From a virus, in IMG/VR virus record IMGVR_UViG_3300028590_000011, positions 1 to 64,000 of that record: a DNA stretch of 64,000 nt, one strand, 5' to 3'. The notes beneath the pieces are model-generated. The model had not been told where the DNA came from and made no database searches. It was given only the letters and a program-made list of their open reading frames with translations. This document shows, one piece after another, positions 25,407 through 35,354 of this stretch (positions within the stretch are counted from its first letter, which is position 1; every line of letters begins with the position of its first letter). A program made the position numbers and the translations under genes.

Positions 25407-26513
25407 ATGGCTACTGCCACTGTCATTGCGGACGGGCCTCCGATGACGGAGCCCGTTGCGCACAAGAAGTCCTCCAAGGGCTTCTGGCGTTCCATCGGGG
25501 ACGCCATCTCCAGCGCGGGTCACCGCGCATGGGAGGCCATCAAGTTCGGTGGCCGCAAGACCCTGGAGGGTCTGAAGTTCTTGGGTCGTCAGGCCGTCCG
25601 TGGAGCGAAGGCATCTGGAAACCTCGCTCTCCGTGGGGTTGGCTACCTGGGTGCTGGGATCATGTGGCTGGCGCTGACCATCCTGAACGTCGCCACCGCG
25701 CTCGTCGTGGGCGTCGTGATGGTGCTGGCCATGATCATCGTCGGCGTGCTCATGCTCGCCGGTGTCTTGATCGGCAAGGTGATCGACATCCTCGACTACT
25801 GGGTGCTCGGCTCCTTCCGTTGGCTCGCTCTCGGGCGACCCGCTCCGTTCAATGAGTTCCTCGCGGACCGTCGCGCTGCTGCGCTGGACAAGAACATGAT
25901 CCGCATCGAGAAGCTCGGCAACTGGGTCATGCGCAAGTTCAACCTGCCCACCGCAGAGGACTACACGCGACTCCTGGACGACGACATCGTGGTCGAGGAC
26001 TACGACTACGACCCGGACGACCCGATCCGCATCAAGCAGCAGCAGGCGCTGGAGGACAAGGTCGCGGTGCGGTTGCAGGAGGACGTGGACAACAAGACCA
26101 TGTCCTTCCCCGGTGGTCGAGCCCGCATGGTCGACCACGACGACCCGTTCGCGGAGGGCACCGACTACACCGCCAGCATCCCGCTGATGCTCGCACCGGA
26201 GAACGAGGGCAAGACCTTCATCGAGTACGACTGGACCTCCTACGTCCACGACCCGGACTTCCCCGTGATGATCGACATCATGGAGAACACCACGATGGTT
26301 CCTTCGGAGAAGGCCTACTGGGTGGGTCGCCGGGAGATGATCAAGTACTACAAGGACAACCCGGACGGGCTGGACGAGCACGGTCGGGCGTGGGCGGCGG
26401 TCTACCACCGCTACCGCAAGCAGACGGCACTGCCCATGAAGTACATCCGTACCGGCTTCATGGACATGGTGAACGAGCTGAAGGCCGCTCGCCGGTCCGC
26501 TGCCTCGGTCTAG
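25407..26513 (+). CDS. Membrane protein
   Basis: Long hydrophobic segment near residues 75-130. Confidence 0.75.
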   Translation: MATATVIADGPPMTEPVAHKKSSKGFWRSIGDAISSAGHRAWEAIKFGGRKTLEGLKFLGRQAVRGAKASGNLALRGVGYLGAGIMWLALTILNVATALVVGVVMVLAMIIVGVLMLAGVLIGKVIDILDYWVLGSFRWLALGRPAPFNEFLADRRAAALDKNMIRIEKLGNWVMRKFNLPTAEDYTRLLDDDIVVEDYDYDPDDPIRIKQQQALEDKVAVRLQEDVDNKTMSFPGGRARMVDHDDPFAEGTDYTASIPLMLAPENEGKTFIEYDWTSYVHDPDFPVMIDIMENTTMVPSEKAYWVGRREMIKYYKDNPDGLDEHGRAWAAVYHRYRKQTALPMKYIRTGFMDMVNELKAARRSAASV

Positions 26514-26519
26514 GCGTTC

Positions 26520-26882
26520 ATGAGGCGATCACCAGTCGATCCAGATCTGAAACTCGCGCTGAAGCGCATCGCTCGTGAGCGTCGTGGCTACGAGCAGACG
26601 ATCTGGATCGGCTTCGACAACCGTGATCACCTCGCCACTCCTGGACCACCGCTGAATCGGGGGGATCTCATCCTCCTCAACACCACGATGAAGTCGCTTT
26701 GCTACAAGGCAGTCATGCAGATCTCGATGCCTGAGGTCGGCCGGGTCAGGGCTACGACAGTCCTGCTCGGCTCTGGAGAGGCCTTCGCGCTGAACGTGTA
26801 CGACCGTGGTGAGTACTGGGCTGAACCAGATCAGATGGATCTGGTTCAGCTCAGTCAGATCAGACTGTGGATCCCCGAGTGA
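26520..26882 (+). CDS. Hypothetical protein
   Basis: ORF in array. Confidence 0.55.
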   Translation: MRRSPVDPDLKLALKRIARERRGYEQTIWIGFDNRDHLATPGPPLNRGDLILLNTTMKSLCYKAVMQISMPEVGRVRATTVLLGSGEAFALNVYDRGEYWAEPDQMDLVQLSQIRLWIPE

Positions 26883-26951
26883 CCCATTCCTGGGCGCGAG
26901 GTCCACCAACTTCCCCAACTCAACAACAACCCAACCAACAGGAAGAAGAAG

Positions 26952-27206
26952 ATGGCAACACTCACTCGTTTCACCGCCGACCTCGTCACCCAGGAGGCGC
27001 TCTCCGAGCGTCGGGTCGAGATCATCTCGCGTCAGCTGACCGAGTACCTCCACACCCTCATCGTGGAGGACGACGACCGCCCGCACCTGGAGGTCGACAA
27101 GAACGCCCACGGCCACGTCCACGACACGGCCGATGGTGACCGCTGCGGCTACTGCCTGGAGGAGTCCAGGGACTACCGCAACGGCGACTCCGTCGTCAAC
27201 GCGTGA
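26952..27206 (+). CDS. Hypothetical protein
   Basis: CA-rich leader plus SD; H.H...C..C. Confidence 0.65.
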   Translation: MATLTRFTADLVTQEALSERRVEIISRQLTEYLHTLIVEDDDRPHLEVDKNAHGHVHDTADGDRCGYCLEESRDYRNGDSVVNA

Positions 27207-27250
27207 CGACAACCTTCCAACAACACACCACAGAGAGAGATCAAGACAAC

Positions 27251-28843
27251 ATGCCTTCCATCGAAGCGAACACGTTCACCGACCGCGTCTCCAAGAAGAG
27301 CACCCAGGAGACCCTCGCCAAGCTGCGCGAGATCGGCGGTGGCAAGATCACCGAGGAGTCGGGGATCAAGTACCACAACGGTCGGGAGATCCTCCTGCCC
27401 GAGGGGATGGCCCTGAAGACGGCGGCGAAGCTCGTCACCGCGCAGGCCGTCTCCATGGAGGAGCAGCACGACTTCACGAAGGTCTTCAAGTACCGGCCTC
27501 TGGACGGCGCGTACGCGTTGCAGGAGACCCTCCGTGAGATCTTCGGCCTGTCCGGCACGGGCAAGGCCATCCACACGATGTTCGGCAGCCAGCCGCCGCA
27601 GTACATCAACGTGGAGATCGGCATCGGCGTCGAGGTCCGGGTCCCCTGGGGCCACATCGACTTCCCGCCGTTCGAGGGCATGTTCATGACCGGGGCGAGC
27701 CACGACCCGGACTACGGCCTGCTCTTCCAGGTGACCTGCCGCGCACCGAAGAAGTACGAGCCCGAGATCGAGGGCCTCTGGCTCGCGGTCGAGGACACCC
27801 TGCGCCGCAAGTCCATCTACAAGGGCAAGGCGATCGTCGGCGTCGGCCGGGTCACGCGGGAGGGCATGGAGAGCCCGAAGTTCCTCAACCCGTTCGCCGT
27901 CGACCCCAACACCGTCGCCTACTCGCAGGACGTGCTCAACGCCCTGCGGTCGTCGCTGTGGGGCCCGATCCGCACCGCCGAGCTCCAGCGGGCGGCGGGG
28001 CTGAAGCTCAACCGCAAGACCCTGCTGTACGGCACCTTCGGCACCGGCAAGTCGCTGGCCGGTGCACTCACGTCCCGCGCGGCGGTCAACAACGGCTGGA
28101 CCTTCATCCAGACCAAGACCGGCGACGAGGACCTGGAGAAGGTCCTGAAGACCGCCGAGCTCTACGCCCCGGCCGTGGTCTTCATCGAGGACATCGACAC
28201 GCTCATCGAGTCGGACCCCTCGGAGATGGCCAAGCTGCTGGAGCTGTTCGACGGCATCGGCAGCAAGGACAAGGAGGTCATGGTGCTGATGACCTCCAAC
28301 TACATCGAGGCGCTCAGCAAGGGCATGACCCGCGTCGGGCGCATCGACGCGGCGGTCGAGATCGGTGACCTCGACCAGGGCGCCATCCGCAGGCTCATCT
28401 CGAACTCCTTCGAGGACACCGAGCCCTACGACGGCAGCGTGGACCACGGCATCTTCGAGGCCATGTCCAAGCGCCTCAACACCTCGGACTTCAACGTCAA
28501 GAAGGGCAGCCAGCTCTCCGACGACGTGGACTTCGAGAAGGTCCTGGAGTCCATGAAGGGCTACGAGCCCGCCTTCATCATGGGCACGTTCAACCTGGCG
28601 AAGTCCAACGCCATCATCCGCACGGAGTCGCTCAACTTCGAGCTGACCACCGAGGACTTCGTCCTGGCGGCGGACACCCTCCGCAACCAGCACGACACCC
28701 ACCAGAACGCGGCGGACCGCCCCGCCGTGGACACCTTCGGGCAGTCGCAGAAGAAGCTCATCGCGGAGACCGTGGCCGAGCAGCTCCAGGGCCACAAGGT
28801 GGACCTCAGCGACGAGGGTCAGCTCATCACCCTCGAAGCCTGA
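27251..28843 (+). CDS. AAA+ ATPase (classical clade-like)
   Basis: Walker A GTFGTGKS, Walker B VVFIEDID, second region of homology TSN...TRVGRID. Confidence 0.9.
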   Translation: MPSIEANTFTDRVSKKSTQETLAKLREIGGGKITEESGIKYHNGREILLPEGMALKTAAKLVTAQAVSMEEQHDFTKVFKYRPLDGAYALQETLREIFGLSGTGKAIHTMFGSQPPQYINVEIGIGVEVRVPWGHIDFPPFEGMFMTGASHDPDYGLLFQVTCRAPKKYEPEIEGLWLAVEDTLRRKSIYKGKAIVGVGRVTREGMESPKFLNPFAVDPNTVAYSQDVLNALRSSLWGPIRTAELQRAAGLKLNRKTLLYGTFGTGKSLAGALTSRAAVNNGWTFIQTKTGDEDLEKVLKTAELYAPAVVFIEDIDTLIESDPSEMAKLLELFDGIGSKDKEVMVLMTSNYIEALSKGMTRVGRIDAAVEIGDLDQGAIRRLISNSFEDTEPYDGSVDHGIFEAMSKRLNTSDFNVKKGSQLSDDVDFEKVLESMKGYEPAFIMGTFNLAKSNAIIRTESLNFELTTEDFVLAADTLRNQHDTHQNAADRPAVDTFGQSQKKLIAETVAEQLQGHKVDLSDEGQLITLEA

Positions 28844-28878
28844 GGCTTCACCGCAGTACCTGTTGGAAGGGGAAACCT

Positions 28879-28926
28879 CATTGGGGGCGGGCTTCGGCCT
28901 GCCCCCAGTGGGGCCTTTCTGCGTTT
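28879..28926 (+). terminator. Intrinsic terminator
   Basis: CATTGGGGGCGGGC-TTCG-GCCTGCCCCCAGTG followed by a T-rich tail. Confidence 0.7.
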
Positions 28927-28961
28927 ACCCCCAGACCCATAACAAGCACATAGGGAGAGTC

Positions 28962-29276
28962 GTGGACGTACCCGAAGCGTTCTACGCGGAGAACCTCATC
29001 ACCGCCGAGGTGACTGAGGCAGAGATCAACGAGATCTACGAGTGGTCTGAAGAGATCATCAAGGATCTGCGCGAAACTGTGTCGCAGGTGTCCGAACTGA
29101 AGCCGGACGAGATCGACATGCAGACCATGGCCATCGAGTGCCTGAAGCTCGGTTTCCTCGCTGGGACTGTGTTCCAACGGGAGAACGGCCCCGCCCGGGT
29201 TTCCATCCCGGTGGAGATGTCCCCGGAGGCCGTGACCGCCTTCATCAACTTCCTCGTGGAGAGGGTCTCGGAATGA
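28962..29276 (+). CDS. Hypothetical protein
   Basis: GTG after GGGAG. Confidence 0.6.
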   Translation: MDVPEAFYAENLITAEVTEAEINEIYEWSEEIIKDLRETVSQVSELKPDEIDMQTMAIECLKLGFLAGTVFQRENGPARVSIPVEMSPEAVTAFINFLVERVSE

Positions 29277-29415
29277 GGGCCATCTGGATTACGGTGACGG
29301 CGATGGTGATCCGGTGCATCCGCCGCTTCTTCGCCAACACCCCTGCCAACAAGTACGAGCGCATCGTCTTCTCAGCGGTGCGTGACTCAGCAACTGCGTT
29401 CGGGAAGGCATACGC

Positions 29416-30096
29416 ATGAGCGAGCTGACGGATCAGATCGAGAAGGCTCTCGCCAAGCTCTCCGAGATGAACCCAGGCGAGGTGGTCGATGCCACCGACA
29501 TCAAGGGCGTGACCGACCAGGACACTATGCCTGGGTTCCAGGAGTACATCTCCAAGGAGAGCATGAAGACGATGCGTCGTCTCTACCGGCGCTTCGCCGG
29601 TTCTCCAGAGTTCGAGTCCTCGCAAGAGGCTCTGGACAAGACCGAGGACGCCTGCATCAAGGAGTTCTCCAAGTTGTGCGCCTCCTCTCTCGCGGACGGC
29701 ATCCTCGTCGGTCAGGGCAAGATCGGCCCGGTCCGCAAGGCTGCCTTCTTCAAGAAGACGGGCGAGGTGTTCGACAAGGAGGGCTTCCGCTCGGAGTCCA
29801 ACCTCTTCGTGCTCAGCGCTCAGGATGAGTTCGACTTCAACGAGGCCATCGAGCGGTACTTCCGGATGTCGATCACCGTTATGGCGTCTTCGACCGGCTT
29901 CGCTGGCCCGACGTTGACCATGATCTCTGGCCTCGGCCAGACGCACCACAAGGTCTGGGATCTGTGGTTGCTGGCTGCCAACTCCACCTGCGTGGGGCTC
30001 TACGCCTCTGGGTTGATCATCGGCAAGGAGTGGGCCGAACAGGATGTCCTCGCGGGCATCATGAGCGCCACGGCTGCGGTGGAGGAGAGCGAGTGA
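29416..30096 (+). CDS. Hypothetical protein
   Basis: ORF in array. Confidence 0.7.
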   Translation: MSELTDQIEKALAKLSEMNPGEVVDATDIKGVTDQDTMPGFQEYISKESMKTMRRLYRRFAGSPEFESSQEALDKTEDACIKEFSKLCASSLADGILVGQGKIGPVRKAAFFKKTGEVFDKEGFRSESNLFVLSAQDEFDFNEAIERYFRMSITVMASSTGFAGPTLTMISGLGQTHHKVWDLWLLAANSTCVGLYASGLIIGKEWAEQDVLAGIMSATAAVEESE

Positions 30097-30335
30097 ACGA
30101 CACCAACCTCCGCAAGTCGAACGAGATCGGCTACATCGCCTCGATCACTACCGAGCAGGCGGTGAACTGCGCGCTGAACCTGTGCTCAGCCGCGCTCCGG
30201 CACTACAAGGTCGATGAGATCGCGGAGCTGTCGGAGCGGAAACAACAGAACCTGATCGCCATGGTGAACCGGACGCTGAAGGCGCTCGGCATCAAGGAGA
30301 TCACCGTCGAATGGAGAGAGGAAGTGTCGGCGTGA
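30093..30335 (+). CDS. Hypothetical protein
   Basis: GTGA overlap. Confidence 0.6.
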   Translation: MNDTNLRKSNEIGYIASITTEQAVNCALNLCSAALRHYKVDEIAELSERKQQNLIAMVNRTLKALGIKEITVEWREEVSA

Positions 30336-31111
30336 GCAGCTTGTACGCGGCGAGCGAGGACTTCAAGAACGAGATCCGTGCGAGGAAAGAACACTGGGTG
30401 CATCAGCACCCTGAAGCAACCGATCTACCCGTCCACGTGTTCCCCTTTAGGGGAGGAGACCGCGTGGGCGAGGCGCTTCTGGCTGATCCTCACAAGCTCA
30501 TCGATCTGGCACGGGCCATGGCGTTCGGCACCGCTGCCGATGAGATCATTCTCCTCGCGGAGACCTACACCACTCCGCTTCCCGAGAACCCCAAGACAGA
30601 GATGCCTTGGGAGTCCGGTGAGCTGGAGTTCATGGCCAACGAGTACCCCGAGTCTCTGGAGCAGGGGTGGGTCGCTGAGGCGATCACTGTCATGGCCGTG
30701 AACCGCGATGGTGTGGCCTACAACGGGATGTTCCCGTTCCGAGTCGAAGGTGACACGGTCATCTGGGACGAGGAAGCCGAAGCGGGCACAGAGATCCCGA
30801 TGGATCAGGTCGCAGGCGCGATGCAGATGCTCATGGAGATCATGAACTCCCCGCATCTGGTGCAGGCGCTGGAGAACTCGATCGGCAAGGAGCTGATCGA
30901 CGCCCTGCTGGGGCCTGATGGGGAGAAGGAGATGGTTGCACGCGACTTCGCGACCATCTCCTTCTGCATGGAGCAGGGCCTGGCCGACGCAGCGATGCTG
31001 GCGGGCAAGCCTGGCACCGAGCGTGTCGAGCTGATCAAGAAGCTGATGGAGCAGCCCTCCATCAAGGAGAAGTACAAGGCGGTCGTGATCGACCCCGAGG
31101 ACAACGAGTAG
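30332..31111 (+). CDS. Hypothetical protein
   Basis: GTGA overlap. Confidence 0.7.
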   Translation: MSSLYAASEDFKNEIRARKEHWVHQHPEATDLPVHVFPFRGGDRVGEALLADPHKLIDLARAMAFGTAADEIILLAETYTTPLPENPKTEMPWESGELEFMANEYPESLEQGWVAEAITVMAVNRDGVAYNGMFPFRVEGDTVIWDEEAEAGTEIPMDQVAGAMQMLMEIMNSPHLVQALENSIGKELIDALLGPDGEKEMVARDFATISFCMEQGLADAAMLAGKPGTERVELIKKLMEQPSIKEKYKAVVIDPEDNE

Positions 31112-31135
31112 CCCGTCTCTGGACGGGCTTTCTTC
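31111..31135 (+). terminator. Intrinsic terminator
   Basis: GCCCGTC-TCTG-GACGGGC followed by TTTCTT. Confidence 0.7.
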
Positions 31136-31154
31136 ATATCTGGATAGGAGAACA

Positions 31155-31508
31155 GTGGAAACCGAAGACATCCGCGAGGCGATCGAGAAGGTCGAGCGCG
31201 AGCACGAGGCGATGACGCAGGACCAGCGGAAGGCGGCTGCTCAGCGGGCGCTCGATGACCTCGGCATCACTCAGGAGCACCTGGCCGAGTTCGAGTTCAT
31301 GAAGAAGTGCTACGAGGAGGCGGCGACCGGAGACCAGCTTCCTCCGGAGATGCTGAAGGTCAGCAGGAACGGTCTGCGTCTCTTCGAGTCCTACATGCAG
31401 GCCGAGGCCGTCAGCCACGGGGAGATCAAGGACCTCGAATCCTTCACATTCGGGATCATCATGGGTCTCTGCATCGGAGCGGAGATGGTGGAGCGGCGTC
31501 ATGCCTGA
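31155..31508 (+). CDS. Hypothetical protein
   Basis: AGGAG SD. Confidence 0.65.
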   Translation: METEDIREAIEKVEREHEAMTQDQRKAAAQRALDDLGITQEHLAEFEFMKKCYEEAATGDQLPPEMLKVSRNGLRLFESYMQAEAVSHGEIKDLESFTFGIIMGLCIGAEMVERRHA

Positions 31509-31932
31509 CACCTACAGCAACCCGTTCGAGGGGATCAGCACGAACTCCACAGCTGAGGAGCTGGAGGCTGCCTCTGCGAAGGCCGAGGAGATGCTGAACA
31601 ACCTCGACCCGGAGAAGCAGGAGTGGCTGAAGGAGTACGTCCTGGAGAAGGCCGGTCTGTCCGAAGACGACGCTGGGATGGGTCAGGTCATGATCGAGAC
31701 CTTTCTCCAAGTCTGGGACGGGCTCAACGAGCCTGGCGCGGAGACGGAAGACATCTACGGCGTCTCCGAAGGCGCGATGCAGATGTTCCACGCCTTCCTC
31801 ATCATGCACGGCGCGCACATCGAAGACCTGAAGGGGATGAGTCTCCACGAGGCCTTCGCAATCGGCGCGGTCATCGGGCTCGCCCATGGGCTTCAGGTCC
31901 AGTTGGCCGCAGAAGAGGTCGCGGATGAGTGA
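31501..31932 (+). CDS. Hypothetical protein
   Basis: ORF in array. Confidence 0.65.
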   Translation: MPDTYSNPFEGISTNSTAEELEAASAKAEEMLNNLDPEKQEWLKEYVLEKAGLSEDDAGMGQVMIETFLQVWDGLNEPGAETEDIYGVSEGAMQMFHAFLIMHGAHIEDLKGMSLHEAFAIGAVIGLAHGLQVQLAAEEVADE

Positions 31933-32224
31933 GTGGCGCAAGGTGCCGAGCACCGCTCTGGAGCTCATGAACGATGTGCGTCAGCGCATCTGGGATGCCG
32001 TCCAGAGAACCAGTGGCCCCGAGGAGATGAGCGAAGCGATCGGTCTCGATTACAAGACGGCAGCTGAGCACACCAAGCAGACCCTGCTCGCGCTGTCGGA
32101 CTGGCTTGCAGGTAAGGAGATGCCTCCCACGGAGGACAACGGAATGACCATGTCCGTCATCTACCTGCTGGGTTTCGCTGCCGGACACCGCTACGCGCAG
32201 GAGGACGACCACGAGGAGGACTGA
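31925..32224 (+). CDS. Hypothetical protein
   Basis: ORF in array. Confidence 0.6.
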   Translation: MSEWRKVPSTALELMNDVRQRIWDAVQRTSGPEEMSEAIGLDYKTAAEHTKQTLLALSDWLAGKEMPPTEDNGMTMSVIYLLGFAAGHRYAQEDDHEED

Positions 32225-32397
32225 TGCCCAAGCGCAGGATGAAGGGCGGTGACGAGCGCGACGCGTTCACACGTTGGCGTCACTACCTCCACTGGCGTCC
32301 TGGTGAACGCAAAGCGATCAAGGCTCGCGCCAACAGGCGTGAGCGACGTACGGAACGTCAGCGACTTGCTGACGACAACAGAAGAGGAGAGCAATGA
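32224..32397 (+). CDS. Small Arg-rich protein
   Basis: MPKRRMKGGDERDAFTRWRHYLHW...; coupled at both ends. Confidence 0.65.
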   Translation: MPKRRMKGGDERDAFTRWRHYLHWRPGERKAIKARANRRERRTERQRLADDNRRGEQ

Positions 32398-32624
32398 GCC
32401 TGAACCACGCGGTTGTCGAGGTGTTGCATCACGCACCGGACGACAGCCTCACCGACCAGGCCGACATGGTTGTCGGCAAGGTCAAGGACCTGATCCGGAA
32501 CCCCGAGGTCAGGCGTCAGGTATACATCGAGGCCACCGAGACAGTCGACGGCCTCTCCATGATGGAGATCCACACCGTGTTGGACTCCCTGATCGAAGTG
32601 TTGGGAGATGCAGATGGCGACTAA
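32394..32624 (+). CDS. Hypothetical protein
   Basis: ATGA overlap. Confidence 0.6.
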   Translation: MSLNHAVVEVLHHAPDDSLTDQADMVVGKVKDLIRNPEVRRQVYIEATETVDGLSMMEIHTVLDSLIEVLGDADGD

Positions 32625-33516
32625 CCGTCGCGCGCCGGACCCGAAGGTTGGATACGAGACCTGGACCCCGGCCAACGCTGAGAACGCGCTCAGCAAGAAC
32701 GAGATCAACCGCAACATCCGCCGCTCGCGGGTGGAGCAGTACCAGCGGGACATGGAGAACGGGGACTGGAACCCCCACTCCGCACCGATCGTGTTCGACT
32801 CCACCGGAAAGCTGATCGACGGTCAGCACCGGCTCACCGCGCAGGTCAACGCGAACATCACCATCCGCTGGATGGTGGTCCGCGAGGTCCCCCCGGAGAC
32901 CCAGACGGTGATGGACACCGGCGCTGGTCGCTCGGTGGCTGACCTGCTGTCCTTCGGCGGGGAGAAGAAGGCTGGTCTCCTCGTTGCTGTTACCCGACTC
33001 GTGCATCTGGTGATCGAGAAGGGGATGCAGGGCTCGCGGTACTCCCAGTCGGCGTCGGAAGTGCTCCGCACTCTGGAGGAGCACCCCGAGATCCGGGTGT
33101 CCGTGGACATCTGCGACTGGTTCAACCGCACACGGATGGTGATGATCACGCCTTCCGTGATCGGGTGCGCGCACTGGATGATCTCCCAGGTGAACGGTCG
33201 CGAAGAGGCCGACGCCTTCATCCACCGCATCGGCACGCTGACCAATGAGAAGGAGGGCTCTCCGGTCCTCGCGCTCGCGCGTCGCGTGAACGAGATCAAG
33301 CGCAACCAGCAGCGAGTCCACGGGCGCGACATGCTCAACCTCGTCATCAAGGCGTGGAACTACGACGCCGAAGGCAAGCGGGTCGGCAAACTCTCGCTCT
33401 ACTCCAAGACCGGTGAGTACAAGCTCCTGGAGGTCAAGAAGCGGCTCGTGCCGCTGGAGGAGCCCGAGGACCACACCGAGGACCAGCAGGACGAGGTCAC
33501 GGAGGAGTCCGCGTAG
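32614..33516 (+). CDS. ParB-like nuclease-fold protein
   Basis: N..NR.I....V..Y..DM..G.W; LIDGQHRL; DTG..RS. Confidence 0.8.
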   Translation: MATNRRAPDPKVGYETWTPANAENALSKNEINRNIRRSRVEQYQRDMENGDWNPHSAPIVFDSTGKLIDGQHRLTAQVNANITIRWMVVREVPPETQTVMDTGAGRSVADLLSFGGEKKAGLLVAVTRLVHLVIEKGMQGSRYSQSASEVLRTLEEHPEIRVSVDICDWFNRTRMVMITPSVIGCAHWMISQVNGREEADAFIHRIGTLTNEKEGSPVLALARRVNEIKRNQQRVHGRDMLNLVIKAWNYDAEGKRVGKLSLYSKTGEYKLLEVKKRLVPLEEPEDHTEDQQDEVTEESA

Positions 33517-33525
33517 TACCAACCT

Positions 33526-33559
33526 GAGGGGGCCTCTCCCCATGGGGAGAGGCCCCCTC
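33526..33559 (+). terminator. Stem-loop terminator
   Basis: GAGGGGGCCTCTCCCC/GGGGAGAGGCCCCCTC. Confidence 0.6.
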
Positions 33560-33574
33560 GTGCATAGGAGAATC

Positions 33575-33982
33575 ATGAACGACACGATCGATGAGTTGGA
33601 GAAGTCCATCGCCACCATGCAACGGCAGATGGCGCTGCTGAAGCGTCTGCCGATGGAGGACGAGTTCTCGTTGGGAACCGTCATTCGGTACAGGCACTCG
33701 GAACGAGCGGACTGGACATACTTCGTCAAGAGCAAGACGAGCATGTGGTCAAGGCCAACTGTGGTCCAGCACTACTACTGGGGTCAGGTTACGGCCATGA
33801 TGAAGAACGCCATCGAGGTGGAGATCAGCACTGGCTGGAACAACCTTCTCGCTGACCCGAAGCCCACTGTGGAGATCTCTCACGACGGCGCTCGCTTCGT
33901 CCTGACCGACACCGTGACTGGCGACACCTGGGAACGCAAGGGCTCCAAGTGGAAGTTGGTCGAGGAGGATGAGGACGAGTGA
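33575..33982 (+). CDS. Hypothetical protein
   Basis: AGGAG SD. Confidence 0.65.
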   Translation: MNDTIDELEKSIATMQRQMALLKRLPMEDEFSLGTVIRYRHSERADWTYFVKSKTSMWSRPTVVQHYYWGQVTAMMKNAIEVEISTGWNNLLADPKPTVEISHDGARFVLTDTVTGDTWERKGSKWKLVEEDEDE

Positions 33983-34236
33983 GGTTCGCCGTCACCTTCG
34001 GGCAGCGCTACTACAGCGAGGAGCACCCGATCTCACCCGAGATCAAGGGGAACTCCTACTACGTCATCGAGGCGGATGACGAGATGTCCGCTCGCAAGGA
34101 AGCCCACGACATCTTCGATGGTCGCTGGGCCTTCATCTACGAGCTGGAGGAGTTCCAGCCGCAGATCGTGAAGTGGGATCTGGAAGAAGTACAACTCAAC
34201 CAAGGAGAGCAAGATGGACGCACCCAAACTGAATGA
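33979..34236 (+). CDS. Hypothetical protein
   Basis: TFG...HP...W.F.Y pattern. Confidence 0.65.
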   Translation: MRFAVTFGQRYYSEEHPISPEIKGNSYYVIEADDEMSARKEAHDIFDGRWAFIYELEEFQPQIVKWDLEEVQLNQGEQDGRTQTE

Positions 34237-34690
34237 GAAGCTCATCATGGAGATCTGGGACTGGATCTCCTTCAAGGCCGGTACCGATGGTTTCCCGGCC
34301 TACAACCAGGGGACCTGGCACACCACGGAGATGTTGATGGACGAAGTGCTGGAGGTCACGCTCGCCCGCGAGCCGGAGTACCAGCACGGCGTGGCCTCGT
34401 ACCAGGAGGGCTACTGCGGCACCGCCTGCTGTGTCGCCGGGTACGCCCTGTTGGAGAACACGAACCCGAAGACCGGGCAACTCCTCGAAGGCACCAAGGT
34501 GACCAACGTCGAAGGCGAGGATGTGATCATCAACTACGACACTCGTGACTGGTGGGCGCTCGGCGCGCACAAGCTCGGCCTCACCGACGAGGAGGCCACG
34601 AGCATCTTCAGCGGAGACAACAAGATCGAGGATGTCCGGGCCAAGTTCAACAAGGTGCTCGCGGCTCGTGGATCGGCGCTGCGGCTGTGA
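34214..34690 (+). CDS. CGTACCVAG-motif protein, paralog 1
   Basis: Shares WDWI.FKAG, NQ..W and YCGTACCVAGY with the next ORF. Confidence 0.75.
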   Translation: MDAPKLNEKLIMEIWDWISFKAGTDGFPAYNQGTWHTTEMLMDEVLEVTLAREPEYQHGVASYQEGYCGTACCVAGYALLENTNPKTGQLLEGTKVTNVEGEDVIINYDTRDWWALGAHKLGLTDEEATSIFSGDNKIEDVRAKFNKVLAARGSALRL

Positions 34691-35196
34691 GCGCGCTGCC
34701 GAAGATGGACCTGAAGAAGGTCCAAGAGGTCTGGGACTGGATCGAGTTCAAGGCCGGAGTCGACGGTGAGCCAGCCTGGAACCAGGAGCATTGGGCAACG
34801 GTTATCACCACTGACGAGGAAGCGCAGAACAGCCTCCGTAGCGCTGCACGCGACGAAGTCGTCCGTGTTCACGGAGTGAACCTCTTCGAGGAAGAGTACT
34901 GCGGCACGGCCTGCTGCGTCGCTGGCTATGTCCTGAAGGACAAGACCGACTTCACGTACGTCAAGGAGAGCGGCTTCCCATCTCCGATTCTGTTGGTGGG
35001 CGAGAAGGTCTTCAACGTCGAAGACGAGTACATGATCATTGAGGATGAGCGCGACTGGGAGTACTACGCCGCGTTCGCGCTGGGCATCACCTTGGAGGAA
35101 GCCAACAAGCTCTTCGGTGGGTGCAACACCGCAGAAGAGATCAAGGCGCTCTTCAACGAGTTCCTGGAGAAGCGCGGAGAGGCGATGCGACTGTGA
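34687..35196 (+). CDS. CGTACCVAG-motif protein, paralog 2
   Basis: Tandem duplicate of the previous ORF. Confidence 0.75.
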   Translation: MSALPKMDLKKVQEVWDWIEFKAGVDGEPAWNQEHWATVITTDEEAQNSLRSAARDEVVRVHGVNLFEEEYCGTACCVAGYVLKDKTDFTYVKESGFPSPILLVGEKVFNVEDEYMIIEDERDWEYYAAFALGITLEEANKLFGGCNTAEEIKALFNEFLEKRGEAMRL

Positions 35197-35354
35197 TCCT
35201 CTACCACTACAACAAGGACGATCCGTTCGATACGGACAACGTTCTCTGCCGCCACAAGCCGGAGGACGGCGAGACCGTGGGCGTCACTCAGCGGAGTGAG
35301 GACGTAACCTGTCCCGACTGCCTGGTGAGGGTTCTCGGGGAGGCGATCACATGA
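35193..35354 (+). CDS. Small Cys-rich protein
   Basis: LC...VTCPDCL. Confidence 0.55.
   Translation: MILYHYNKDDPFDTDNVLCRHKPEDGETVGVTQRSEDVTCPDCLVRVLGEAIT

Noticed and set aside
32614-33516. DndB/phosphorothioation or a ParABS partition system
   Set aside because: DGQHR is shared by many ParB-fold proteins; no dnd genes, ParA or parS array seen
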